Source of the DNA: Carpediemonas membranifera BICM
Taxonomy: Eukaryota; Protista; Fornicata
Assembly: GCA_019828565.1 (NCBI GenBank)
Contig: JAHDYR010000007.1
Location: 382,373 to 446,372, forward strand
DNA: 64,000 nt
Direction: 5' to 3'
The notes below the pieces were generated by a model. That model was given only the letters and a program-made list of their open reading frames with translations. It was not told the DNA's origin and made no database searches. Positions 10,541 through 19,575 of the stretch are shown one piece after another. Both the position numbers and the translations under genes were made by a program. The first letter of the stretch is position 1, and every line of letters starts with the position of its first letter.

Positions 10541-11365
10541 ATGAACAAAACTAACTTCCTCGTCGATCCCAAGTGGGTATCTGAGCACAATGACGTCGTC
10601 ATTCTCGAGGCTTCTTGGGTTCTCGATCGCTCCAAGACGCCCACTGAACTTTTCGAGGAAGAGCATGTGCCAAACGCCTCCTGCATTGATCTTTTCTTCG
10701 TCAATGATGATAGCGAACTCCGCGACGTCTTCCCCCCGCGCTGTGACTTCTGCGACAAGATGAACCGTCTGAACCTCGGCCTCGACGGCACTGAGGATGT
10801 CGTCGTCTACGACAGGACGGGCGTCGCCTCGAGCGCTAGCCGCCTGTTCTCGTGCCTGCACCACTTTGGCCACCGCGGCAACGTCTACATCCTGAACGGC
10901 GGCATGCCTGCCTGGAAGGCTGCTGGCCTGCCCACCGCCCCTGGCCCTGCAGCGGTCCGTCCCTCAAAGACGTACGTCTGCGGCCCCCACACCACTGATA
11001 TCTACGTCGACACTATCGACGTCAAGAACCGCGGCGAAACCCAGCTGATCGATGTCCGCTTCGAGAAACTGTGGAAGGCCGGCCGTATCCCCGGCTCTCT
11101 GAACAAGGCGGGCTCATCTCTGCTCGATGAGAACAAGTGCTTCCTCCCCGCAGACCAGCTCAAGGCCGGTCTCGAGGGGGCGGGTGTCGACGTCTCCAAG
11201 GACCTCATCGCCTACTGCGGGTACGGCGTCGTCTCCTCCCTCATTTACCCGATCTCCCTCCTGCTCAAGGAGGCCGGCGAGACTGTCGGCAAGTGGCAGG
11301 TGTACGACAAGTCGATCGTGGGCTGGAAGGCTGAGGGGAACGCTGTGGACTCGGATGCTGAGTAA
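10541..11365 (+). CDS. Tandem-rhodanese sulfurtransferase (MPST/TST-like)
   Basis: EHVPNA, VVVYD, VYILNGGMPAW, GRIPGS; active-site loop YCGYGVVS; VYDKSIVGW. Confidence 0.9.
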   Translation: MNKTNFLVDPKWVSEHNDVVILEASWVLDRSKTPTELFEEEHVPNASCIDLFFVNDDSELRDVFPPRCDFCDKMNRLNLGLDGTEDVVVYDRTGVASSASRLFSCLHHFGHRGNVYILNGGMPAWKAAGLPTAPGPAAVRPSKTYVCGPHTTDIYVDTIDVKNRGETQLIDVRFEKLWKAGRIPGSLNKAGSSLLDENKCFLPADQLKAGLEGAGVDVSKDLIAYCGYGVVSSLIYPISLLLKEAGETVGKWQVYDKSIVGWKAEGNAVDSDAE

Positions 11366-12597
11366 ACTACTGGCCAGTGCAGTGATTTGCCGCTGTTCGA
11401 GGTGTTGGCTCGATGGGCGCCCCATCAGAACAGCTTTTGATTGTTTCGCGATTTTCCCGGGTCGCCCCTTGACGTTGTCCGAGCGGTGTCAGGCCGGTTA
11501 ACAGGGACGGTGGGCAGCAACAAGCACCTGGTCAGGTGGGCGGGTGGCGGGCTTCGGGCGCTAGATAAGAACAACCAACCAATCGACATTTTGGAATTGT
11601 GGAAAATGACGGGAATTACGGCAAAGCTTGGGTGTATAGGTGAAATGGGGGCGTCTGCTGCCGTTTTAGGGTGGGAGCCATCCGAAATTTGGAGGAAATT
11701 TTGTTCTTGGGTAGCGGTCCTGGCGGAAGATGCTTCAAGTATAGCCATCGAAGAAGCTACAAAGCTACAAACAAGCGTAAATGGACGAAAAGAACAGCTA
11801 GATAGTTTACAAAAGGAACTGAGAGAAGATCTAGAAGAGTCTGGAGATGAAAGTGATGATTATGCCTATAAGAGTGACTGTTGCCACACTAATGACTGGT
11901 GCTGCTGTTACTAGGTAAAGAGATGGCTGTAGGAAGCTACAAACTAATGCTAAAGATCAGGAAGCAAGAGCAGGATGCTACTCCACAGCATAAGCAGCCG
12001 CACATGATCAGAAAGTCGCTAATAGATCTGTGATTTTTCATAGAACCCTTCGTGTAGCCAAGCATTGGTGACATGAGTGGGCTTTGCATGTTTGTGATGG
12101 AATTCTCGAATGAGAGTGTTGTGGTCTCGAAGCTGTCGGAAAAAAGTCTGATCTTTGGCGACTGATCTCCGATTGTTTCAGAACATCACCCTCGATGGGC
12201 CCTCAGACCATGCCAGTTGGCTGGGTGAGTCGTCAGGGGGCACTTTTTCCGCGACCCTTTTTTTGCGCAATAGTCCGAAGCGGTCACGCAGCCGGCGATC
12301 TCGCGCACTAATTTTGTCGCTGGCTAAGAACTGAGCAGAATCATGTAGACCGACGCCTAGCGCTCTCCCGAGCCCCGAGCAAGATTTTTTCCCAAGGATC
12401 CGCAGGGCAAGCACAAGATCTTGTCCACTCCTGATCAAGACACGCAAAAATGAACAATGCCGCAAATGACTAGTTTGCTGGTATAGAGCACTTGTAGCCC
12501 ATGTTCTGTTGCTTCAGATTTGTGACACGTCTTCGGTTTTCAACCGGAGTCGTCAAAGTGGTCTTGACTGGTCGTCATCTTGCACTGTCTTTCACGA

Positions 12598-13714
12598 ATG
12601 AGCGATAGAGTGTTCAACGTATGTTCTAATAGCGATTTTTACGTAGTTCTCTGCTGGCCCCGCCGTCCTTCCCCTTGAAGTCCTCAAGGAGGCTCAGTCT
12701 AACTTCCTTAACCACCAGGGCACTGGTGCCAACATCATGGAGCAGTCCCACCGTGGCCCCGTCTTCGACAAGATCATCCAGGAGGCTGAGGCCGATCTCC
12801 GCACCCTTATCGGCATCCCCGACGACTATGCCGTCCTCTTTGTCTCTGGCGGCGCCTCTTTCCAGTTCTCCGCCATCCCCCTGAACCTCTGCAAGGACAA
12901 CAAGAAGGTCCAGTACATCCAGACCGGCACCTGGTCCAAGACCGCCGCCGAGGAGGCCAAGCGCCTCGGCATCTGCGATGTTGACGTGATCTTCAACGAC
13001 ACCAAGCGCGTCCCCACCGCCGAGGAGATCAAGGCCAAGGTCGACCCCGAGGCCGCCTACCTCTACTACTGCGACAACGAGACCATCCAGGGCGTCGAGT
13101 TCCAGGAGGTCCCCGAGGCCCCCATCCCCGTCATCGCCGACATGTCCTCCAACTTCCTGTCCCGCCCCATCGACATCAAGAAGTACGGCATGGTCTACGC
13201 CTGCGCCCAGAAGAACTTCGGCCCCGCCGGCCTGACCGTTGTTGTCATCCGTAAGGACCTCATCAAGGAGACCTTCCCCTTCTGCCCCAACCTCCTCCGC
13301 TACTCCGTGCTCGAGGCTAACCGGTCGATGAAGAACACTCCCCCCACCTACGCCATCTACATCGCTGGCCTCGTCTTCAAGTGGATCATGTCCAAGGGCG
13401 GCCTCCCCGGCATCGGTGAGCTCAACCGCACGAAGGCTATGATGATCTATGACACCATCGCCCAGTCCAACGGCTTCTGGAACGTCCCCGCTGAGGAGAC
13501 CTGCCGCTCCATGATGAACATCCCGTTCACCAACACCCTGGGCCAGGACCGCGCCAAGGAGTTCATGGCCTTCGCCAAGGAGCGCAACTGCGTCACCCTC
13601 GCTGGCCACCGCAGCATCGGCGGCTTCCGTGCGTCCATCTACAACTCGATGCCCGTCGAGGGTGTTGAGGCGCTCGTCCAGGCGATGAAGGACTACCAGC
13701 AGGCCAACCAGTAA
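12598..13714 (+). CDS. serC: Phosphoserine aminotransferase
   Basis: MSDRVFN|FSAGPA across a 28-nt intron at 12619-12646; SHRG, GGASFQF, DMSSNFLSR, AQKNFGPAG (PLP lysine), GHRSIGGFRASIYN. Confidence 0.96.
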
Positions 13715-13763
13715 GGCTTATCACGTAAATAGTATCGATACCGATGGTCAGGTCAGTGTTTTA

Positions 13764-14520
13764 TCACGCTAGCCCTAGAATTGGGTGCTGGAGCCACTCC
13801 TCGCGGGTCCAGACGCGGCTGTTGTTGATGCAGGGCTGGCCGCAGGTGCACTTATCGGGGTTGAACTTGACCTAACGAACAGACGCCATCAATGGTCCTC
13901 ATGGGCCGTGTGACGGCTGAGGGCCAGCTGTGCTTCCAGTTCCTGCGCTGCATCTGGGACTTGAAGCCAATGATCTTAGGGCTGGTCGACTTGTTGTGAA
14001 TGTAGTCGCGGTAGAGACGCATGCTGTACTTGGCATCCTCGTCGGGGTCGTGCTTCTGGCCTTCCGCGTGCATGATGACGCCATAGGCGGCGTACACCTC
14101 CTTGGCGAGACTGAAGAAGTCGAAGTTGTTGTACTTGGGGTTGCGGAGCTTGAACTCTTCGGCGATGTCGATGCTGTGGTAGTCGACCCCCTTCGTCAGC
14201 TTCATTGCCTCGATGTCGTTCATGACACTCTGACCGACGATGACGGCGTCAGAGCCCAGGTAAGGTAACCTTACCTTACCTTACAGGTGGGCGACAAGCT
14301 TCTCCTTGGCGGCAGCAAAGGGCATGCCCTGCTTGATGTCCTCCATCGTCATTCCCGTGATAGGCGTCATGGCTGAGTGGACGGGCCCTTCGATCGCGAT
14401 GGCCGTGTTGAAGAGCGTCTTGCCGTCGAAATCAACGAGGGAGGCGGAGCAAGGGGCCCTGTCATTGTGGCCGCGGCCAGTAGCAGCGCTTTCGACGTCT
14501 AAACAGAAATATCTCACCAT
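13764..14520 (-). CDS. DEDDh RNA exonuclease (REX4/ISG20-like), interrupted by a 27-nt insertion and a frameshift
   Basis: ExoI LDVES, ExoII VGQSVMND, ExoIII HDPDEDA. Removing 14260-14286 gives AHLGSDAVIVGQ. The Cys-rich tail (DGVCS-VKFNPDKCTCGQP...LA*) requires a frame change near 13872-13875. Confidence 0.75.
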
Positions 14521-14615
14521 TGTCTTGTTTTTGATGACAACGACTCGTCACAGTTTCGCAGTCTTAGGTCCAGTGCTGCGGCTTCCCGTAAATCACTGAA
14601 TAGAATAAAAACCGT

Positions 14616-16163
14616 TTACTCGAGGAGGCCATCGTTCGACTCCTCGTGGTAGGCCACGCCGCTGTCGAGCAGCTCACCCTCCTCGGCGTCGGTCGCGGTA
14701 AGAAGAGCCTCCTCCTCATCGCCGATCTGGCTGGCAGTCGGGGGCTTCTTGAAGAGGATGGACAGCAGGCAGAGGGTGCCGATGATGGCCATGGGGATCA
14801 TGGCGGCGGCGTAGAGGCGGTAGCCCCAATGCTCGTAGTGGAAGACCTTCACGTACTTGTTGCCGTACTTGATGATCTCAGGCAGGATAATGGCCTGGAA
14901 CCCCGAGCCAAACTTCTGGATACCGTCAAGCAGACCGACGGCGAGACCCGTCGACCCGGACCCGGCGAAGTCCATGGCGCACGTGGACAAGGTGATACCG
15001 TGGACGGCGCTGAAGAAGATGGACGAGATACCGACGAGGAAAGCCATGATCCAGACCTCGGGGCAGATCATGATGAGGAAGATCGACACAATGAGGCCGG
15101 CCATGAAGATGAAGGCGACAGGGGGGCGACGGGACTTGAAGAGCGTGTCGGAGATGACACCGGCGCCGAGGGAGCCGAACATGGCACCGATGGTGACGAT
15201 GCCCGAGGCGAGCTGGAGCTGAGCGGACGACTTGTTGATGTTGAAGACGTCGAGCATCATGCCAGTGTACCAGGTCAGGACGCCGTCACGGCACCAGCCC
15301 AGGCAGAACTCGAGAGGGGCGAGGACGAGGAAGATCTTCTGGGTGACGACGTGCTTGAGGGAGACGACGAATGACTGGCCGGTGGCCTCATGGTGGACCT
15401 TCTCGCCGGTCTTGGCGTCAACCTCCTCGATGGCGGGGAAGCCGGCGTCCTCCGGGGTGGCGCGGACGATGAAGTAGTCCGCGGTGGCCATGACGAGGTT
15501 AGCGGCGCCGGGGATGATGAAACACCACTGCCAGGGGATGTAGGCGCTGATCATCTGGTTGACGTTGAAGGCAAGGAAAAAGCCGAAGCCGACGATAACA
15601 CCGAAGCAGCCGCTGTACACGCCGCGCTCACGGACGTGGTACCAGTACGCGCCGATCTTAACAATGGCGAGAGAGCCGAAGGACTGGAAGATGTTGTTGA
15701 TGGACACGAGGACCCAGTAGAGAGGGAGCCAGTAGGGGCCCTTGGGGTGGAAGAAGAACATGATGCCGATGATGACGTTGAGAGCGCCACTGCCGAAGCA
15801 GCCGATCATGATGCCCTTGCGGACACCGATCTTGTCGACAACAGAGCCGTTAACGATGGCGGCAAGGGCGTAGGACCACAGGCCGGCGGTGATGATGGTA
15901 CCGTACTGGCTCTTGGAGATGTCGAGAGCAGCATGAACTGGGGCGATGTTGATGGCAGACCAGTTGTATCTAGCGAAGAACAAGCACGCATAGGACATGC
16001 CCATCGTCAGCCAGTTGAAGGTACGGAAGAAAATGAACTTGCGCTTGTGTCCCATCACATTGCGCGAGAGATCGATGCCAACGGCCATTGCTACAATGGC
16101 AAAAACTAAAACGAAGACCGTGGCTTTCACACCAGTCTGAAAAACGCTGTTAACTGAAAGCAT
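14616..16163 (-). CDS. MFS transporter, organophosphate:Pi antiporter (GlpT/UhpC/PgtP/SLC37) family
   Basis: About 12-13 TM segments; YACLFFARYN, ERGVYSG, AGVISDTLFKSRRPP, GLAVGLLDG. Confidence 0.85.
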   Translation of the reverse strand: MLSVNSVFQTGVKATVFVLVFAIVAMAVGIDLSRNVMGHKRKFIFFRTFNWLTMGMSYACLFFARYNWSAINIAPVHAALDISKSQYGTIITAGLWSYALAAIVNGSVVDKIGVRKGIMIGCFGSGALNVIIGIMFFFHPKGPYWLPLYWVLVSINNIFQSFGSLAIVKIGAYWYHVRERGVYSGCFGVIVGFGFFLAFNVNQMISAYIPWQWCFIIPGAANLVMATADYFIVRATPEDAGFPAIEEVDAKTGEKVHHEATGQSFVVSLKHVVTQKIFLVLAPLEFCLGWCRDGVLTWYTGMMLDVFNINKSSAQLQLASGIVTIGAMFGSLGAGVISDTLFKSRRPPVAFIFMAGLIVSIFLIMICPEVWIMAFLVGISSIFFSAVHGITLSTCAMDFAGSGSTGLAVGLLDGIQKFGSGFQAIILPEIIKYGNKYVKVFHYEHWGYRLYAAAMIPMAIIGTLCLLSILFKKPPTASQIGDEEEALLTATDAEEGELLDSGVAYHEESNDGLLE

Positions 16164-16257
16164 TGGCGTTCTCGAAGTCTTCCTCAGTTTTCTCGCTGCT
16201 AAAGCTGCGTGATCGCGGAGAGCACTGGAGTCTCACTAACTCACTTGATCGGGGATT

Positions 16258-16548
16258 ATGAGACGGCCTCAAAGACGACCCATGGACATGTTGGCACCTG
16301 TAGAACCATCTCTTATTCGGTCAAGGTCAGTTGATTCTGTCGGATCGGCAAAATCAACCTTACTCAATATTCGAGAAACAAATCTTGGATCTTTGTCTCA
16401 CCACCCCAGAGAGTCAGTAATACTGACTTTTGAGGCCCCTGTGACATCGGCATCGTCCCTCAATCACTTGAAGGGTGTGGATATCGGTCGAGATTTGCTG
16501 GTCGACCAACCACATCCTATCCAAACATCGAAGAGGCTTCTCCTGTAA
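16258..16548 (+). CDS. Possible small hypothetical protein
   Basis: 96-aa ATG ORF filling an intergenic gap; no recognisable motif. Confidence 0.3.
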   Translation: MRRPQRRPMDMLAPVEPSLIRSRSVDSVGSAKSTLLNIRETNLGSLSHHPRESVILTFEAPVTSASSLNHLKGVDIGRDLLVDQPHPIQTSKRLLL

Positions 16549-16670
16549 TGCAGGCGATCATGGAGACCATAATCCGCAATATGAGCGCTGCCGGGAGCAG
16601 ATTGAGTCAGTGCAGTTTATGTCATTTTCAATCATCGTCAATTTGACAGTAGCGACCAAACGTAGAACCT

Positions 16671-18143
16671 ATGGCCACCAACAACAACCTTCTCACTTCT
16701 CTTCCCCCTTGCGGCACTGTTTGGGAGCGTTTCTTTGACGTATGCGCAATCCCTCACGGATCCGGCAACGTGGAGACTATTTCCAAGTGGATTATAGATT
16801 TCGCCACTAAGAACGGCCTCGAGGCCAAGCAGGATAGTGCCAAGAACGTCCTTGTGACTAAGGCCGCCGATTCCGGCTGCGAGAACAAGCCCACGATCCT
16901 CCTCCAGTGCCACATGGATATGGTGTGCGAGAGCAACGACGCGTCCTTCGACTTCGCCACTCGTGGCATTGAGTGCGAGATTGCCGAACTGAACGGCAAG
17001 AAGATCCTCACGGCCAAGGGAACCACCCTCGGTGCCGATGACGGCATCGGGATCGCCGCTGGCCTCGCCCTTCTCACCGACAAGGACCTCAAGTCCGGCA
17101 AGCTCGAGCTCCTCTGCACTGTGGACGAGGAAACCACTATGGCCGGTGCTGAGGGCATCGACGCGGGCTTCTTCACCGCGAAGTACCTCGTCAATATCGA
17201 TTCCGAGGACGAGGGCGTTGTTACCCTCGGCTCGGCCGGTGGCTTTGACGTCTCCGCCTCCACCAAGGTCGCCCTTGTCGAGACGACCGACACGGCCCTG
17301 GAGCTGTCCCTGTCCGGCTGCGTCGGCGGCCACAGCGGCGTCGAAATCCACCAACCTCGCGCCAACGCCGTAGTCGCCCTCTTCGACGTCCTCAAGACGC
17401 TCCTGATGATCCCCGGCGTCCGCCTCGCTTCCTTTGCCGGCGGCAAGGCCACCAACGCCATCCCCCGCTCCGCCAAGGCCGTCATCACCGCCCCCACGGC
17501 ATCCCATCCCGCCATCCGCGAGGCCTGTGACAGGGCCCTGGCCGGCCTGAAGGCGAACCACCCGATGGACGTCGACATGGCGCTCACCATGACCCTCGCC
17601 GACGCCACAGTCAAGACGACGTCGCTCGACGACTCCGCCCGCATCATCGGCGGCACCCTCGCGATGCCCTGCGGTGTCATCCGCATGGACGGAGCGATCG
17701 AGGGCCTCGTGCAGACGTCTTGTAACGTCGGCAACGTCTCCCTAACCGAGGAGGGCGACTTCAAGTGCGAGATGTTCGCCCGGTCCTCCGTGAACGACTC
17801 TATGGACCTCGTTCACAACATGGTGAAGGCGACCGGCCTCATCTACGGCCTCGACGTCTCCGAACAGGAGGGACGGTTCAGTGGCTGGAAGCCCAACCCC
17901 GACACGAAGATTGCTCACGTGACCATCGATGCCGTGAAGAAGGTGCTCGGCTACGAGCCCAAGGAAGAGGCAATACACGCAGGTCTCGAGTGTGGGCTGT
18001 TGATGGACAAATACCACGACCTCGAGGCTGTCTCGATCGGAGCAACGATTTGCCAGCCCCATTGCCCCGACGAATACATGGAAATCGACACAGTGGCGCC
18101 CTTCTACGAGATCCTCAAGGTCATCTGCACCGAGATGGAGTAA
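16671..18143 (+). CDS. pepD: Aminoacyl-histidine dipeptidase (M20C)
   Basis: LQCHMDMV, TTLGADDGIG, DEET, NIDSE, GGHSGVEIH, IHAGLECG, HCPDE. Confidence 0.93.
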   Translation: MATNNNLLTSLPPCGTVWERFFDVCAIPHGSGNVETISKWIIDFATKNGLEAKQDSAKNVLVTKAADSGCENKPTILLQCHMDMVCESNDASFDFATRGIECEIAELNGKKILTAKGTTLGADDGIGIAAGLALLTDKDLKSGKLELLCTVDEETTMAGAEGIDAGFFTAKYLVNIDSEDEGVVTLGSAGGFDVSASTKVALVETTDTALELSLSGCVGGHSGVEIHQPRANAVVALFDVLKTLLMIPGVRLASFAGGKATNAIPRSAKAVITAPTASHPAIREACDRALAGLKANHPMDVDMALTMTLADATVKTTSLDDSARIIGGTLAMPCGVIRMDGAIEGLVQTSCNVGNVSLTEEGDFKCEMFARSSVNDSMDLVHNMVKATGLIYGLDVSEQEGRFSGWKPNPDTKIAHVTIDAVKKVLGYEPKEEAIHAGLECGLLMDKYHDLEAVSIGATICQPHCPDEYMEIDTVAPFYEILKVICTEME

Positions 18144-18643
18144 ACCTATCGTCTAGCCCTGGATTGAGTTGCTTGGTAGAGACGTTGAATGTCACAGCTT
18201 TACACATGACAGCTGAGCACATGGCTGACGGCAGAGCTTGAATCCTCTGTTCTTGTAGAGCTCGCCATCCAGGTTAAAGTGTCGGCGTCGGGCCGGGGTC
18301 GGCGTGTCTGAGGCTGACTGCCCCCTTGGAAAGTGACCTCTCAGGTCCACACGTCTGACCATTGGCAGTGGGGCACATATCGTCGTGCTCGTCAGCACAT
18401 TCTCTGTCAGGCCAACTTTCTAGCACCCCCTCTTGCACTTGCCAGCTGACATCCCCGTCTCTGCCCACGCCTTGCCCTCACTGATCGGGCAGCCCAGTGC
18501 TTGTACCACATCAATAGGATTGGCATTACCAAGGTGTCATTTATTCGTGTCAAGTCAATGCGGGTCTGATTTGATTCCACGCGACACACGCACGCGTGTC
18601 TTGATACGATTATGTGGTGCAGAACTCTCACAACAGCAATAAT

Positions 18644-18793
18644 ATGAACGATTACCGACTCTACTGCAATAACCCCTCATGCGGTGCCCCTTATGGATGC
18701 ACAGGCCCCTCTGGCGGCAAGGGCGGTGTCGACACCTGCAACGGCAACGGCAGCGCTACTCCGAACCCTCCTGGCACCGGCAAGGGCAAGTAA
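18644..18793 (+). CDS. 49-aa Cys/Gly-rich microprotein (MNDYRLYCNNPSCGAPYGC...GKGK)
   Basis: Hand-translated; strong C/G-ending codon bias; AATAAA at 18797-18802. Confidence 0.55.
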   Translation: MNDYRLYCNNPSCGAPYGCTGPSGGKGGVDTCNGNGSATPNPPGTGKGK

Positions 18794-18896
18794 GCCAATA
18801 AACAACGCCATGTGAAGTCTTCTCACCTCATCACCGCTCTCAGCGCGATAGTTTATGGACAGCAAGGTGTGGACAAGAAGAAGAAGAAGTCCACAA

Positions 18897-19427
18897 TCAC
18901 CTCTGGGCAGCCAGCGCCGCCTTCTTCTTGGCCTTGTCGTTCGCCGCCCTGAGTGCGATCTCGGACCTCCATTCGGCATGGTCGGCCTTCTGAAGGAAAG
19001 CCTGTTGCTGCAGGAAACCTCCCTCGAGCGCCTTCTCAAGATCCTTCTCCTTGCCTGCCTTCTTCTTGTACTCGGCCCAGGCCTTCTTGGAGGCCTCTGT
19101 GACGGTCTCTTCGCGCTTGGCGGCGAAGGACGACGTGCCCCCGCTTCGGAACTTCCGCATGAGGGCAGCAATATTGGGCTTCTCGCGCTTATCTATAGTG
19201 CCACTTGTAGATTTGGGGGTCTTCTTACGCATTGAGACGGTTTCACGGGCCTCGCGCTTTTCCTTCAGACGCATAGAAGCAACTTTCGTGCCCTTCTTCG
19301 CTGTCTCATCATCCTCATCTACATTCGCCTCCATATCGATATCAAGGTCCTCTTCGGGCGAAGGGGCATAGTCTTCGTCCTCCGAGCTATCATAGTCGAG
19401 CTCTGCCGCTGACATCGTCGTCTCCAT
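18897..19427 (-). CDS. BCNT-domain protein (Swc5/CFDP1-like)
   Basis: Acidic N-terminus DSSEDEDYAP; C-terminal ASKKAWAEYK...GGFLQQQAFLQKAD matches the BCNT-C pattern. Confidence 0.85.
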   Translation of the reverse strand: METTMSAAELDYDSSEDEDYAPSPEEDLDIDMEANVDEDDETAKKGTKVASMRLKEKREARETVSMRKKTPKSTSGTIDKREKPNIAALMRKFRSGGTSSFAAKREETVTEASKKAWAEYKKKAGKEKDLEKALEGGFLQQQAFLQKADHAEWRSEIALRAANDKAKKKAALAAQR

Positions 19428-19575
19428 CTTTTTTCCGACATCGCGAGCGAGTGGCCACGCGCCATCCATCTATGGGGGGCACTGATCTACAGTCGCCCAG
19501 CCTCTTGCCTGCACTGTCTGTTAAAATTGAGAACGCACTTTAGGCCGAAAAATCTCGCAGTAACAACGAACACGA

